Positions 12,112 through 24,170 of a DNA stretch of 64,000 nt are shown here, one piece after another. The DNA comes from Macrostomum lignano. Lineage: Eukaryota. The notes beneath the pieces are model-generated. The model did not search any database. It worked only from the letters and a program-made list of their open reading frames with translations, and had not been told where the DNA came from. Position 1 is the stretch's first letter; each line of letters opens with the position of its first letter. The position numbers and the translations under genes were made by a program. The DNA lies in NCBI GenBank assembly GCA_002269645.1, contig NIVC01000114.1, positions 372,001-436,000 of the forward strand. The letters are read 5' to 3'.

Positions 12112-15100
12112 GTCACTTACTCTCCTCACTTTCTCACTCTCACTCTCACTCTGAATCTAAGTCGCACAAATTAATAGGCTTATGTCTTGTTCTGCGATTC
12201 ACGCCTCAGAGTGCCAACCTCCAAGGAAAAGAAAAACTGCCAGCCAATAAGAAAGTCAAGGCCGCTGTGTGAGCTTGTGTGCGGCCTAAGGCCTCAGCGG
12301 AATGGGGCATGACTGCTTGCCTTCTCTCCGACTGAGGGTCTACTCATTGAGTAGCTCTCTCTCGCTCCGCTCCCAGACCGCACCTGAGGCTGTGGAAGAC
12401 ATTTCCCAGGCTGTCAATCCGCAGGAAAGCGTTCCTAGTGGTGGCGTGATGGAACTCGGACTTCTTTGCGTTGGCGAAAAATGTGTCGGGCCACCAGATT
12501 TTGTGCAGCATCTCCTCGGCGATGTTGACACTGCCTTCAAGCTCGTCCTCGCGACCTTTCAGGTAGCTGGCGAATGCCAGGCGCTTGTCCTGCCACCGCT
12601 GGCGGAAGTACATGTCCACAGTGAAGTCCTGCGGGTGTCGGAGTTGAATTTGGAGTCGGTTTTTACCAGCAAATCAGAGATGGCCATGACACCCACCTCA
12701 CTCCCTTGCTCGCAGCAAATCAAAAACGGCCATGACACCCACCTCACTCCCTTGCTCGCAGCAAATCAAAGACGGCCATGACACTCACCTCACTCCCTTG
12801 CTCGCAGCAAATCAAAGACGGCCATAACACTCACCTCACTCCCTTGCTCGCAGCAAATCAAAGACGGCCATGACACCCACCTCACTCCCTTGCTCGCAAC
12901 AAATCAAAGACGGCCATGACACTCACCTCACTCCCTTGCTCGAAGCAAATCAGATATGGCCATGACACCCACCTCACTCCTTTGCTCGCAGCGAATCAAA
13001 AACGGCCATGACACCCACCTCACTCCCTTGTTCGCAGCAAATCAGAGATGGCTATGACACCCACCTCACTTCTTTGCTCGCAGCAAATCAGAAACGGCCA
13101 TGACACCCACCTCACTCCTTTGCTCGCAGCCAATCAGAGATGGCTTATGACACATCTCTTTATAGCAACCAAATTTTAACAATTTAAAAAACGAGAACTT
13201 TAAAAACTATTTTGTAAAAAAAGAAGTCTGTCTAAAAAGTGTGATCGAAAAAATATAGTCTCTAAACTTTTTTGAGTACAGTATGTCGTTGCCACTTTAA
13301 GTGTAAATAGAACAAACTTCTAAACTTCAAGAAGCTTTGCATATCAGGGCAGCAATAAGAACGAAAATTGAGAAACCATGTAATTTAAAAAAAAAGCACG
13401 AACAGACCTCGATTAAGACCACGATTATTATTCCCAAACTTGCAAGCACACTGGCGAACAGGAAGCTGAAGATCACGACTTTGAACTTTTCTCATTTTTG
13501 ACCGAAAAGTTTTTCCATTCGGAAAAGTCAGTGAATTTGCTTAGAAAAGCAGCGAATAAGAAGTTGCTGCAACAGCAATTCGAATCTTTGAAATTCGTTA
13601 CAGAAATTTACGCTCGTATTGAAGCAATCAGAGACAAAACCATCCATCCACTCAGCTTCCAGCCAATCAGAGACAAAACCATCCATCCCACTCCGCTTCC
13701 AGCCAATCAGAGACAAAACCATCCATCCCACTCCGCTTCCATCCAATCAGAGATAAAACCATCCACCCCCACTCCGCTTCCAGCCAATCAGAGACAAAAC
13801 TATCCATTCCACCCCGCTTCCAGCCAATCAGAGACAAAACCATCCATCCCACTCCGCTTCCAGCCAATCAGAGACAAAACCATCCATCCCACTCCGCTTC
13901 CAGCCAATCAGAGACAAAACCATCCATCCCACTCCGCTTCCAGCCAATCAGAGACAAAACCATCCATCCCACTTCGCTTCCAGCCAATCAGAGACAAAAC
14001 CATCCATCCACTCAGCTTCCAGCCAATCAGAGACAAAACCATCCATCCACTCCGCTTCCAGCCAATCAGAGACAAAACCATCCATCCCACTCCGCTTCCA
14101 GCCAATCAGAGATAAAACCATCCACCCCCACTCCGCTTCCAGCCAATCAGAGACAAAACTATTCATTCCACTCCGCTTCCAGCCAATCAGAGACAAAACC
14201 ATCCATCCCACTCCGCTTCCAGCCAATCAGAGACAAAACCATCCATCCCACTCCGCTTCCAGCCAATCAGAGACAAAACCATCCATCCCACTCCGCTTCC
14301 AGCCAATCAGAGACAAAACCATCCATCCCACTCCGCTTCCAGCCAATCAGAGACAAAACCATCCATCCACTCAGCTTCCAGCCAATCAGAGACAAAACCA
14401 TCCATCCCACTCCGCTTCCAGCCAATCAGAGACAAAACCATCCATCCCACTCCGCTTCCAGCCAATCAGAGACAAAACCATCCATCCCACTCCGCTTCCA
14501 GCCAATCAGAGACAAAACCATCCATCCCACTCCGCTTCCAGCCAATCAGAGACAAAACCATCCATCCCACTCCGCTTCCAGCCAATCAGAGACAAAACCA
14601 TCCATCCCACTCCGCTTCCAGCCAATCAGAGACAAAACCATCCATCCACTCCGCTTCCAGCCAATCAGAGACAAAACCATCCATCCCACTCCGCTTCCAG
14701 CTAATCAGAGACAAAACCATCCATCCCACTTCGCTTCCAGCCAATCAGAGACAAAACCATCCATCCCACTCCGCTTCCAGCCAATCAGAGACAAAACCAT
14801 CCATCCCACTCCGCTTCCAGCCAATCAGAGTCGAGACAAGCCACTCGAAACCTTCTGAAATTAAATTCATTCCATTATCCTAGCAGCTGTCTTTTAAGCG
14901 TCAAATCAATCTTAATCAGAGTGGTAGCTAATGAGGCTTTGGTCGCGTGTTAATCCTACCTCATTCTTCCCTGAGAGAAGTTTGCTAATCATAGAAAAGT
15001 TTCTTTCTAGATTCCTTGACCCTTGCGTGAGAATTCAGTTGGGAAGTACAGGATTAAAATAAATCTGAGACGAAACGATTTGCCCTTTACAACTTTTTTT

Positions 15101-17959
15101 TTTAAATCGTAAATTCATAGAACAATAGAACGTACACCTAGGATCGGCTCAAGGCAGAATTCTTATTCTAGATTTTACTATTCAAGTGCATCAATTATTC
15201 AAAATGATACAGTGATGTCGCTGATCAGATGAAACAGCTGAGTTGGGAAGAGAATGCGGCACAATGGAATTGCTGGGATGCAGGGGAGCAAGGGATTTAC
15301 CATCTGTGCGTCCCAGAAGTTTTTCTAACGCGGTAACTTAGGTACCACTTGGAAACAGTAAAACAGTTCATATTGAAATTATGATATTCCATAATATGAG
15401 ATTATGGAAGTCATATTGGTAATAATAACCGTGTGATATGATTATTGATGGCAGTTTCTTAGGCTGGTGGTTTCTCATGTGTCTCACTGCCATGTGTCTC
15501 ATTGTCATGTGTCTCACTGCCATGTGTCTCACTGTCATGTGTCTTATTGCCATGTGTCTCATTGTCATGTGTCTCACTGTCATGTGTCTCACTGTCATGT
15601 GTCTTATTGCCATGTGTCTCATTTTCATGTGTCTCATTGTCATGTGTCTCATTTTCATGTGTCTCATTGTCATGTGTCTTATTGTCATGTGTCTCATTGT
15701 CATGTGTCTTATTGTCATGTGTCTCGCTGTCATGTGTCTCACTTCCATGTGTCTTTTTGTCATGTGTCTCACTGCCATGTGTCTTATTGTCATGTGCCTC
15801 ATTGTCATGTGTCTCACTGTCATGTGTCTCATTGTCAATTTTAATCCTTCTTATTACAATCGAAATTATTCACAGGAGCCCCACAGTTCTAGTATAGTTC
15901 ATAACTGCAGCTGGCCTCACCATGTTAACTTCGGAGATGGAGCTCACAGAGGATATTCTGACGCTGACATTCACATTGACAGGAGTTTGTTCTGAAATAT
16001 AAAAGTTTGGTGTGAAATAGGGAATTATTTATGAGAAATGGTGGAGCCTCACCCTACTCAACATTGGAACCTCTCCCTACTCAACACTGGCGCCTCTCCC
16101 TACTCAACGTTAGTACCTCTCCCTACTCAACACTGGGGCCTCTCCCTACTCAACATTCGGGCCTCTCCCTACTCAACACTCGGGCCTCTCCCTACTCAAC
16201 ACTCGGGCCTCTCCCTACTCAACACTCGGGCCTCTCCCTACTCAACACTCGGGCCTCTCCCTACTCAACATTCGGGCCTCTCCCTACTCAACACTGGGGC
16301 CTCTCCCTACTCAACACTCGGGCCTCTCCCTACTCAACACTCGGGCCTCTCCCTACTCAACACTCGGGCCTCTCATCACTACTCAACATCGGCGCCTCTC
16401 CTTACTCAACACTGGCGCCTCTCCCTACTCAACATTGGCGCCTCTCCCTACTCAACACTGGCGCCTCTCCCTACTCAACACTCGGGCCTCTCCCTACTCA
16501 ACACTCGGGCCTCTCCCTACTCAACACTCGGGCCTCTCCCTACTCAACACTCGGGCCTCTCCCTACTCAACACTCGGGCCTCTCCCTACTCAACACTCGG
16601 GCCTCTCCCTATTCAACATCGGCGCCTATCCGATCCCTGCTCAACTCACTTTTCGCATTGATGTATCCGGGTCGAATCCTCTTGTCATATTTTGACAGAA
16701 TGTCATCCAGGATGGCAGTCAAAGTGATGGATTCGTTGGTGTCCAACAAGTCGCTTGAGATCGACCGCTGCCTAAAAAAACGGTTGTTTATCCCAGAATA
16801 AAGACGGGTTTTGTTTTACTTTTTTGTTGCTTTCTAGGAAAGAAAATTGATTATAACAAAACTTCTGTTTTTTACATTAAGATACTTTTGGCATCAGACA
16901 GCTTGTGTCTTTCCCACGATTAATTTATGACCAACTCATTGGCAGCTCATGGGAACACCTGAGGCCGTGAGACACCAGCTCGTATTGATCTCCTATCGCA
17001 AGTTTTGAATGCTAATATGGTTTATCAGTTTATTCCGCACTTCAGACTGTTATTCATAATCTAATGAACTCACTCATGGTGTCAGTCATGAACTCAGTCA
17101 TGAACTCAGTCATGAACTCAGTCATGAACTCAGTCATGAACTCAGTCATGAACTCAGTCATGAACTCAGTCATGAACTCAGTCATGAACTCAGTCATGAA
17201 CTCACTCATGAACTCAGTCATGAACTCACTCATAAACTCAGTCATAAACTCAGTCATGAACTCAGTCATGAACTCAGTCATGAACTCAGTCATGAACTCA
17301 GTCATGAACTCAGTCATAAACTCAGTCATAAACTCAGTCATGAACTCAGTCATGAACTCAGTCATGAACTCAGTCATGAACTCAGTCATGAACTCAGTCA
17401 TGAACTCAGTCATGAACTCAGTCATGAACTCAGTCATAAACTCACTCATAAACTCACTCATAAACTCAGTCATGAACTCAGTCATGAACTCAGTCATGAA
17501 CTCAGTCATGAACTCAGTCATGAACTCAGTCATAAACTCACTCATAAACTCACTCATAAACTCAGTCATGAACTCAGTCATGAACTCAGTCATGAACTCA
17601 CTCATGAACTCACTCATGAACTCACTCATGAACTTACTCATGAACTCACTCATGAACTCACTCATGAACTTACTCATGAACTCAGTCATGAACTCACTCA
17701 TGAACTTACTCATGAACTCACTCATGAACTCACTCATGAACTCACTCATGAACTCAATCATGAACTCACTCATAGACAAGCTCATAAATTCCATGACTCA
17801 CCTGCCCTCTCTCGGTTCCATAGCGTCAGCCAACAACCTTGCTTCGTGCAAAGCCTCCGAATCAGTAGGCATCCCCATAGCAACCAGCAGATACGCGGAG
17901 ATCAAGAGCCACCCTAGCAACAAAGAGCATAGAAAATATCTGTCTCGATAACTTGACAT
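3277..17959 (-). CDS. Rdl: RDL-like GABA-gated chloride channel subunit (Cys-loop pLGIC); 8 exons in window, terminal M4 exon not found
   Basis: Phase-consistent GT-AG exons: 17959-17802 (signal peptide [29 protein letters not shown]), 16771-16650 ([11 protein letters not shown]), 15991-15921 (SSISEVNM), 12628-12384 ([12 protein letters not shown]...WWPDTFFAN), 7153-7071 (Cys loop [15 protein letters not shown], 83 bp), 6368-6234 ([10 protein letters not shown]), 5218-5066 (GNYSRL...[14 protein letters not shown]...PARVALG), and 3905 to about 3322 or 3277 ([29 protein letters not shown]3, polyQ loop). The M1-M3 sequence closely follows insect RDL. Confidence 0.93.
4030..4890. repeat. Purine-rich (G/A) low-complexity tandem repeat in RDL intron 7
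   Basis: Units such as GGGTAGAGGGAGAGAGGAAGATAGAAGAAGTA; the ORF 4014..4895 is its artefact. Confidence 0.9.
5365..6000. repeat. Pyrimidine-rich (C/T) low-complexity tandem repeat in RDL intron 6
   Basis: Units such as CTCTCTACTCTCTTCTATCTACC. Confidence 0.9.
6405..6960. repeat. 8-bp ATTCACAG/ATTTACAG tandem repeat in RDL intron 5
   Basis: Direct reading; it includes a higher-order duplication of about 120 bp. Confidence 0.92.
7489..8785 (+). CDS. Uncharacterised two-exon protein (about 260 aa) nested antisense in RDL intron 4
   Basis: Exon 7489-7921 ends CCG T|gtgagt and exon 8436-8785 starts cgcag|TC CCC. Both junctions are phase 1, giving ...[23 protein letters not shown]...SASN*. The sequence is complex and non-repetitive, and the intron holds a minisatellite like the other genes. 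The start codon is uncertain. Confidence 0.72.
7930..8165. repeat. 11-bp GGGGTTGCTAT-type repeat in the intron of the nested gene
   Basis: Direct reading. Confidence 0.85.
8905..9240. repeat. 42-bp minisatellite
   Basis: Unit CACCCACCTCACTCCCACTGCGATAACAAAGACTAGCTATAA, about 8 copies. Confidence 0.9.
10540..11010. repeat. 21-bp minisatellite
   Basis: Unit CGCATTCACAGGTCCCCTATT, degenerate at the left end. Confidence 0.9.
11430..12155. repeat. 12-bp GTCACTCTCAGT grading into 6-bp CTCACT repeat
   Basis: Direct reading. Confidence 0.92.
12680..13140. repeat. 46-bp minisatellite in RDL intron 3
   Basis: Unit GACACCCACCTCACTCCCTTGCTCGCAGCAAATCAAAGACGGCCAT, about 10 copies. Confidence 0.92.
13620..14830. 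repeat. 40-bp minisatellite in RDL intron 3
   Basis: Unit CAGAGACAAAACCATCCATCCCACTCCGCTTCCAGCCAAT, about 30 copies. Confidence 0.95.
15470..15835. repeat. 15-bp minisatellite
   Basis: Unit CATGTGTCTCATTGT. Confidence 0.92.
16050..16630. repeat. 23-bp minisatellite filling RDL intron 2
   Basis: Unit CCTCTCCCTACTCAACACTCGGG. Confidence 0.93.
17064..17775. repeat. 12-bp minisatellite in RDL intron 1
   Basis: Unit CATGAACTCAGT/CATGAACTCACT; the MTEF/MNSV ORFs are artefacts. Confidence 0.95.
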
Positions 17960-18499
17960 TCTATTCTTTTGGTGAAGCAAGGTCGAAATGTTGAATTACA
18001 GCCAAAAAGACGATTCGGATTGAAGTTCCAGCAGAAGACAGATGATATAGCGGCTGTTTTGGCCCTCGTGCTGCTCTGTCATTGGCTCACTGCAATGTCA
18101 GCCAATGACAGGCAATGATCTGCGTTATTACAAACTAAGCATCTTAAGTCCTCCTACCTAATTCCTGATTATTAATTTCTTCTAAATTTAGCTAGTATAT
18201 ATCTACTATATTATTACATTCCCGTAAGTATGGCCCATAGAATAAAAATACTCTCAAAATTAGAATTTGATTTATTAAAAAAATAATCTTCTAACTTATA
18301 ACACGAGCTACTAATCGCCTATAAAGTGCATTTCGAGAGTCGTTTTGTTTATCTTTCATTGTCTTGCACGCGAAGCACGCATTGATTCAGAAGTTCCGGC
18401 TGCAGATCAGGGACGGAAGGACCTGCGCGTGCGGTGAATCGTGAGCTTGTGGAATTCTGCTCACTGTGGTGTGGGTCCTCTCTGGCCTCTGGACTCTGC

Positions 18500-19280
18500 C
18501 ATTCCTTTTAGATCCCCTCTCTCCTTCTCTACTCTCTACCTCTACCTCTCCTATCTCTCCCTCTCCCTTCTCCCCCTCCCTATCTTTTCCCTACCCCTCT
18601 GTCTCTCCTTTTCTCTCTCCCCCCTACTTCTCCACTCCCTATCTCCCCTCTCTCCCTCTCCCCTCTCTCCCTCTCCCCTCTCTTCCTCTCCCCTCTCTCC
18701 CTCTCCCCTCTCTTCCTCTCCCCTCTCTCCTTCTCTCCCTCTCTCCCTCTCCCCTCTCTTCCTCTCCCCTCTCTCCCTCTCCCCTCTCTTCCTCTCCCCT
18801 CTCTCCTTCTCTCCCTCTCTCCTTCTCCCCTCTCTTCTTCTCCCCTCTCCCCTCTCTCCCTCTCCCCTCTCTTCCTCTCCCCTCTCTCCCTCTACCCTCT
18901 CTTCCTCTCCCCTTTCTCCCTCTCCCCTCTCTCCCTCTACCCTCTCTCCCTCTCCCCTCTCTTCCTCTCCCCTCTCTCCCTCTCCCATCTCTTTCTCTCC
19001 CCTTTCTCCCTCTCCCCTCTCTCCCTCTCCCCTCTCTTCCTCTTCCCTCTCTCCCTCTCCCATCTCTTCCTCTCCCCTCTCTCCCTCTCCCCTCTCTTCC
19101 TCTCCCCTCTCTCCTTCTACCTCTCCGCTCTGTCTCTCCCTCTCCACTCTCTCCCTCTACCTTCCTTCTAGATCCCGTCTCTTCTTCTCTACTCTCTTCC
19201 TCTACCTCTCAACTCCCTAAATCTCCTTCTCTCTTTCTCCTTATTCCCCTCTACTTCTCACTTTTTTCTTTACCGTTCCT
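18500..19280. repeat. C/T low-complexity tract between the divergent RDL and ZIP genes
   Basis: CTCTCCCCTCTC-type repeats. Confidence 0.9.
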
Positions 19281-19515
19281 CTCTCCCTCACAAAATCACA
19301 AAAAACACTTCAGATGGGGACACTGCGCCGCCATTTCCTGCCGTTGACAAAACCCGTGTGATCCCTGACCGGCCATGACTCAGTAAGCAGTCCGACTAAG
19401 CCGAGAAGTCCTGGGCTCGACTCTCAGCACAGCTCTTCACTTTCTGTTATTTAACAAAAAGTTTTAGTTTGTTCGCACGCTTGGCTGTTTTTTGGCTGCA
19501 ACCAAACAAAGAGCT

Positions 19516-21483
19516 ATGTCAAATGACTCAGCACTGAACAGCACCGTGGCTACCGCAGATGCTGGCATTGTTTGGAGAAGTAAGCTGATTTTAGTTATAG
19601 TAAATCATTGCATGTATTTTGAGCAAGGGTTGCCGGCACCTGCATGGCGCAGCGCCTTCGGTGACATCGGTCCCACAACCAGCGCTGACGCCAATTCTTC
19701 GGAATTGAAATAGCCGATATGTATCGAAAGAATAATAATTTAAACCTCCTCCTTAACAACACTGCAGATCCGTACCTGCTGGGTTTCATCGCGGTCACAG
19801 TCATCACGGTGCTGCCCACCCTCATCAGCATAATGTTTGTCTGCCGACAGGCGCACCTGTTCAACTACTGGAGCCTGTTCCTGGTGGAGATGGCAGTGGG
19901 CTCGCTCACCACCGAGGCCATTGTGCACCTGCTGCCTGCGCTGATCCTGCCCGACAAGTCCATGAAGCCTGGCGTGCCAGACTACTTCCCCTACTTGGCC
20001 ACCGTCACAGCCGGTGTCTGCGTGCTGCACGCCCTGGACACCGCATCCGCCGTGTTCTTCGGCCGTCGGCAGAGCACCTCGCACGCAATGGAGTGGCGCG
20101 AGAGAACCGCCGAAGCCGATGCAACCGACAAGCACAACCACAGCTCCAACTGGCGGGTGAATCGCAACAATCAGCGACAGTCGATTCAGCAGCAGCAGCA
20201 GCAAGATGAAGACAAGGCCAATGAGGAGCAGGAAGTAGACGAGGACGACTGGACGGGTGACGATGAGAGGAACAAGTTCTACTGCCGCGAGGACAGCCTC
20301 AGCAGGGAGTCCTCGATCAGAGCCAACGGATCTGTCATTGCCGACCCAGTGGAGCCTCAGAAGAAGTGCTGCGGCAGTAGCAGTGTCGACTCACAGCAGC
20401 ATCTGCAGCACCGACGAGGTTCCGCCGAGATCACAATCCGGGAGGCGCTGCGGAACCCTCGAAAGTGCTTCGAGCCGGGTCCCTACCGATTGTGCTCCAT
20501 CGTGTCCGCTGGCTCCGTGCTGCACAGCTTCGCTGGCGGAATCGCCATCGGGGCGGCATTCGTGAAACAGTGGGACTACGGCCTGCACCTCAGCGTGTCT
20601 GTCGGCATGCACGAGCTGGCGCACAAGGTGGCGGATTTTTCCGTGCTCACCACCAGCGGGTTCAACATCAAGGCTGTGCTGCTGCTCAATTTCTGCTACT
20701 ACCTGTCCAGCATGCTGGGTCTCGCGATTTCGGTCCCGCTGTCGCTCAAGTCAGACGAAGTGCGGGCCTGGATAACCACCATTGCCACAGCCGTGTTTGT
20801 TTACATTGCGCTGGTTACCATGGTGAGTTGCGGCTGAAGTCAGTGTGAACTTGCTGTGTGAATGCTGTCAGTAAATAATTGCTAACACCGCGAAAAAGTC
20901 ATTGTTGCATGCAAACGACGTGAATGAGTAACTGTAAACGCCGTGAATGAGTGAATTGCGAACGCCGTGAATGAGAAAAATAAATATTGTGAATGAATCA
21001 TTGCGAACACCGTGAACGCGATTCCTAGTAAACGCCGTGAATGAGTCATTGTGAACGCTGTGAATGAGTCATTGTGAACGCCGTGAATGAGCAATATGAA
21101 CATAGTGAATTAGTCATTGTGAACGCCGTGAATGAGCAATATGAATATCGTGAATTAGTCACTGTGAACGCGGTGAACGATTCCTAGCAAACGCCGTGAA
21201 TGAGTCATTATGACCGCCGTGAATGATTCATTGTGAGCGACGGGATTCGGGAATGAGTAATTGTGAACCGATCAGCGTGAATGCCGTGAGTGCCAATCCG
21301 ATAACTAAAACAAGCGTGAATGAAGTATCATATTTAGCGTGAACACTACTCAATTTCCAGAGCAGCATGGTGCGCAAGAACTATCACGCCAAGAATATAC
21401 TGGCATTTTTTATTGGCAACCTGGGCATGACAGTGGGCTACTTGCTCATGATGCTGGCCTCTTTACTGGAGTTCTACGTCTGA
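19516..21483 (+). CDS. ZIP/SLC39 metal transporter, LIV-1-like, with a degenerate transport site; 3 exons
   Basis: Exons 19516-19579 (MSNDSALNST...WR A|gtaagc), 19768-20822 (cag|AT; ...AVGSLTTEAIVHLLP...LHSFAGGIAIGAAF...HELAHKVADF...YIALVTM|gtgagt) and 21361-21483 (ttccag|SSMVR...FFIGNLGMTVGYLLMMLASLLEFYV*). The TM2, TM4, TM5 and TM8 patterns match LIV-1 family ZIPs. Confidence 0.88.
20915..21290. repeat. About 23-bp degenerate repeat in ZIP intron 2
   Basis: Unit GTGAATGAGTCATTGTGAACGCC. Confidence 0.85.
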
Positions 21484-21739
21484 GAGTCCCGCCAGACTGC
21501 CTGAAAGTGCTTCGCGTGGGTCGCTTGAGTACACAATATATATTCTTGAGTTTGTTTTGCGTTTTACTTCTTTTTTCTGACCGAGACCTCAGCGGTTTTT
21601 GTAACTGTATGGAGATTATAATATCAATATATTTTGAGTCAAGTGGCTGTCACGACTGAATGAGCACCAGATCGAATGAAGCGCTTCAGTGAAGTGTTTG
21701 TCATTTTGAACTAAAACGGCGGCGATCTGTGTGGTTTAG

Positions 21740-23270
21740 AGACGATTCTCAGGGTGGTTTAGGGGCGATTCTCAGGGTGGTTTAGGGGCGATTCTCAGGG
21801 TGATTTAGGGGCGATTCTCAGGATGGCTTTGAGGCGATTCTCAGGATGGCTTAGAGGCGATTCTCAGGGTGGTTTAGGGGCGATTCTCAGGGTGGTTTAG
21901 GGGCGATTCTCAGGATGGCTTTGAGGCGATTCTCAGGATGGCTTAGAGGCGATTCTCAGGATGGCTTAGAGGCGATTCTCAGGATGGCTTAGAGGCGATT
22001 CTCAGGGTGGTTTAGAGGCGATTCTCAGGATGGCTTAGAGGCGATTCTCAGGATGGCTTAGAAGCGATTCTCAGGGTGATTTAGGGGCGATTCTCAGGAT
22101 GGCTTAGGGGCGATTCTCAGGATGGCTTAGAGGCGATTCTCAGGATGGCTTAGAGGCGATTCTCAGGGTGGTTTAGAGGCGATTCTCAGGATGGCTTAGA
22201 GGCGATTCTCAGGATGGCTTAGAAGCGATTCTCAGGGTGGTTTAAAGGCGATTCTAGTGGTGGTTTAAAGGCGATTCTCAGGGTGGTTTAGGGGCGATTC
22301 TCAGGGTGGTTTAGGGGCGATTCTCAGGGTGGTTTAAAGGCGATTCTAGTGGTGGTTTAAAGGCGATTCTCAGGGTGGTTTAGAGGCGATTCTCAGGGCG
22401 ATTTAGGGGCGATTCTCAGGATGGCTTAGAGGCGATTCTCAGGGTGGTTTAGGGGCGATTCTCAGGATGGCTTAGAGGCGATTCTCAGGGTGGTTTAGAG
22501 GCGATTCTCATGATGGCTTAGAGGCGATTCTCAGGATGGCTTAGAGGCGATTCTCAGGGTGATTTAGGGGCGATTCTCAGGATGGCTTAGAGGCGATTCT
22601 CATGATGGCTTAGAGGCGATTCTCAGGATGGCTTAGAGGCGATTCTCAGGGTGATTTAGGGGCGATTCTCAGGATGGCTTTGAGGCGATTCTCAGGATGG
22701 CTTAGAGGCGATTCTCAGGGTGATTTAGGGGCGATTCTCAGGATGGCTTTGAGGCGATTCTCAGGATGGCTTAGAGGCGATTCTCAGGATGGCTTAGAGG
22801 CGATTCTCAGGGTGATTTAGGGGCGATTCTCAGGATGGCTTTGAGGCGATTCTCAGGATGGCTTAGAGGCGATTCTCATGATGGCTTAGAGGCGATTCTC
22901 AGGATGGCTTAGAGGCGATTCTCAGGGTGATTTAGGGGCGATTCTCAGGATGGCTTTGAGGCGATTCTCAGGATGGCTTAGAGGCGATTCTCAGGGTGAT
23001 TTAGGGGCGATTCTCAGGATGGCTTTGAGGCGATTCTCAGGATGGCTTAGAGGCGATTCTCAGGATGGCTTAGAGGCGATTCTCAGGGTGATTTAGGGGC
23101 GATTCTCAGGATGGCTTAGAGGCGATTCTCAGGGTGGTTTAGGGGCAATTCTCAGGGTGGTTTAGAGGCGATTCTCAGGATGGCTTAGAGGCGATTCTCA
23201 GGGTGGTTTAGAGGCGATTCTCACGATGGCTTAGAGGCGATTCTCAGGGTGATTTAGGGGCGATTCTCAG
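21740..23270. repeat. 23-bp minisatellite
   Basis: Unit GGCGATTCTCAGGATGGCTTAGA and the variant GGCGATTCTCAGGGTGGTTTAGG. Confidence 0.96.
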
Positions 23271-24170
23271 TGGTAATTTTGGGCCAAGTTCATGACACAG
23301 CTGTCAAAGTACTAAAAAAGAAATCAAAACGTAACGACATCAAACGCAAAAAAATTCTTAGAAATTGACCTAATAAACTTTTAGTCGCGTATGCAATAAT
23401 AATAATAGTAGTAAATAGTGTTAATATATTTCAAAAACTGACCATTCATAGAAGCTGAAATTTCATGCAAAACTACAGGTAAATAAGAGTTACTAATTAT
23501 AGCTTAAATATAGAAATGATTGCAACTTACTAGGTAAAACTAATATAAAAAAACTATAAGCGTGGTTTAAACTATTTAATAAATAAATAAACTGCCATAC
23601 ATACTAATACCAACATATTGCATTGTCGAGGGTTAAAAAAACAGAAAAAATACAAACAAAAAAGTTCATCATTGGGAAGCAATAAATATAATTAGGTGTA
23701 CTTTTATAAATATAATAATAATAGTAATATAATTAACTGCTTATAAAGTCAGATAGAAAGTTGAGCATAATTATATAAAGTAATTTAATTAAAAAATTAA
23801 ATATAGTTTTTTTTTTGAATTTCGGCGACATTGCTCAGCAGATACTACTGACACAATCTCGTAGAAAATTTACCGAGTAGAAAAAATTGACAAAATAATT
23901 TTGTGATAATGTTCTTTTAAAAATTTAGCTAGAATAAAAATGAATTGGTAATTGGGGACAGAGCACAGCAACTCGGCTAGTCATTAAATAATCCAACAAT
24001 TATTGCACCAAAGAAAACGGCAAGCATTGAATAAATAAAATAAATTATAATAATAAACGCGCACTCATATTACTGGTGAGTAGTTTAGTGAGATTTGAAG
24101 CTTGAGATAAGTTTACTTCTCGGTCAATTTTTCCGCTTATTAATTGTGAGATATAAGAATTGAGTTAGAC

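Noticed and set aside
13498-17794. Repeat-derived ORFs ([26 protein letters not shown])
   Set aside because: They are perfectly periodic with minisatellite units and lie in introns of the RDL gene.
19719-19767. ATG 19719 as the ZIP start
   Set aside because: This region looks like an intron end (AT-rich then ctgcag), and an upstream exon at 19516-19579 joins in phase.
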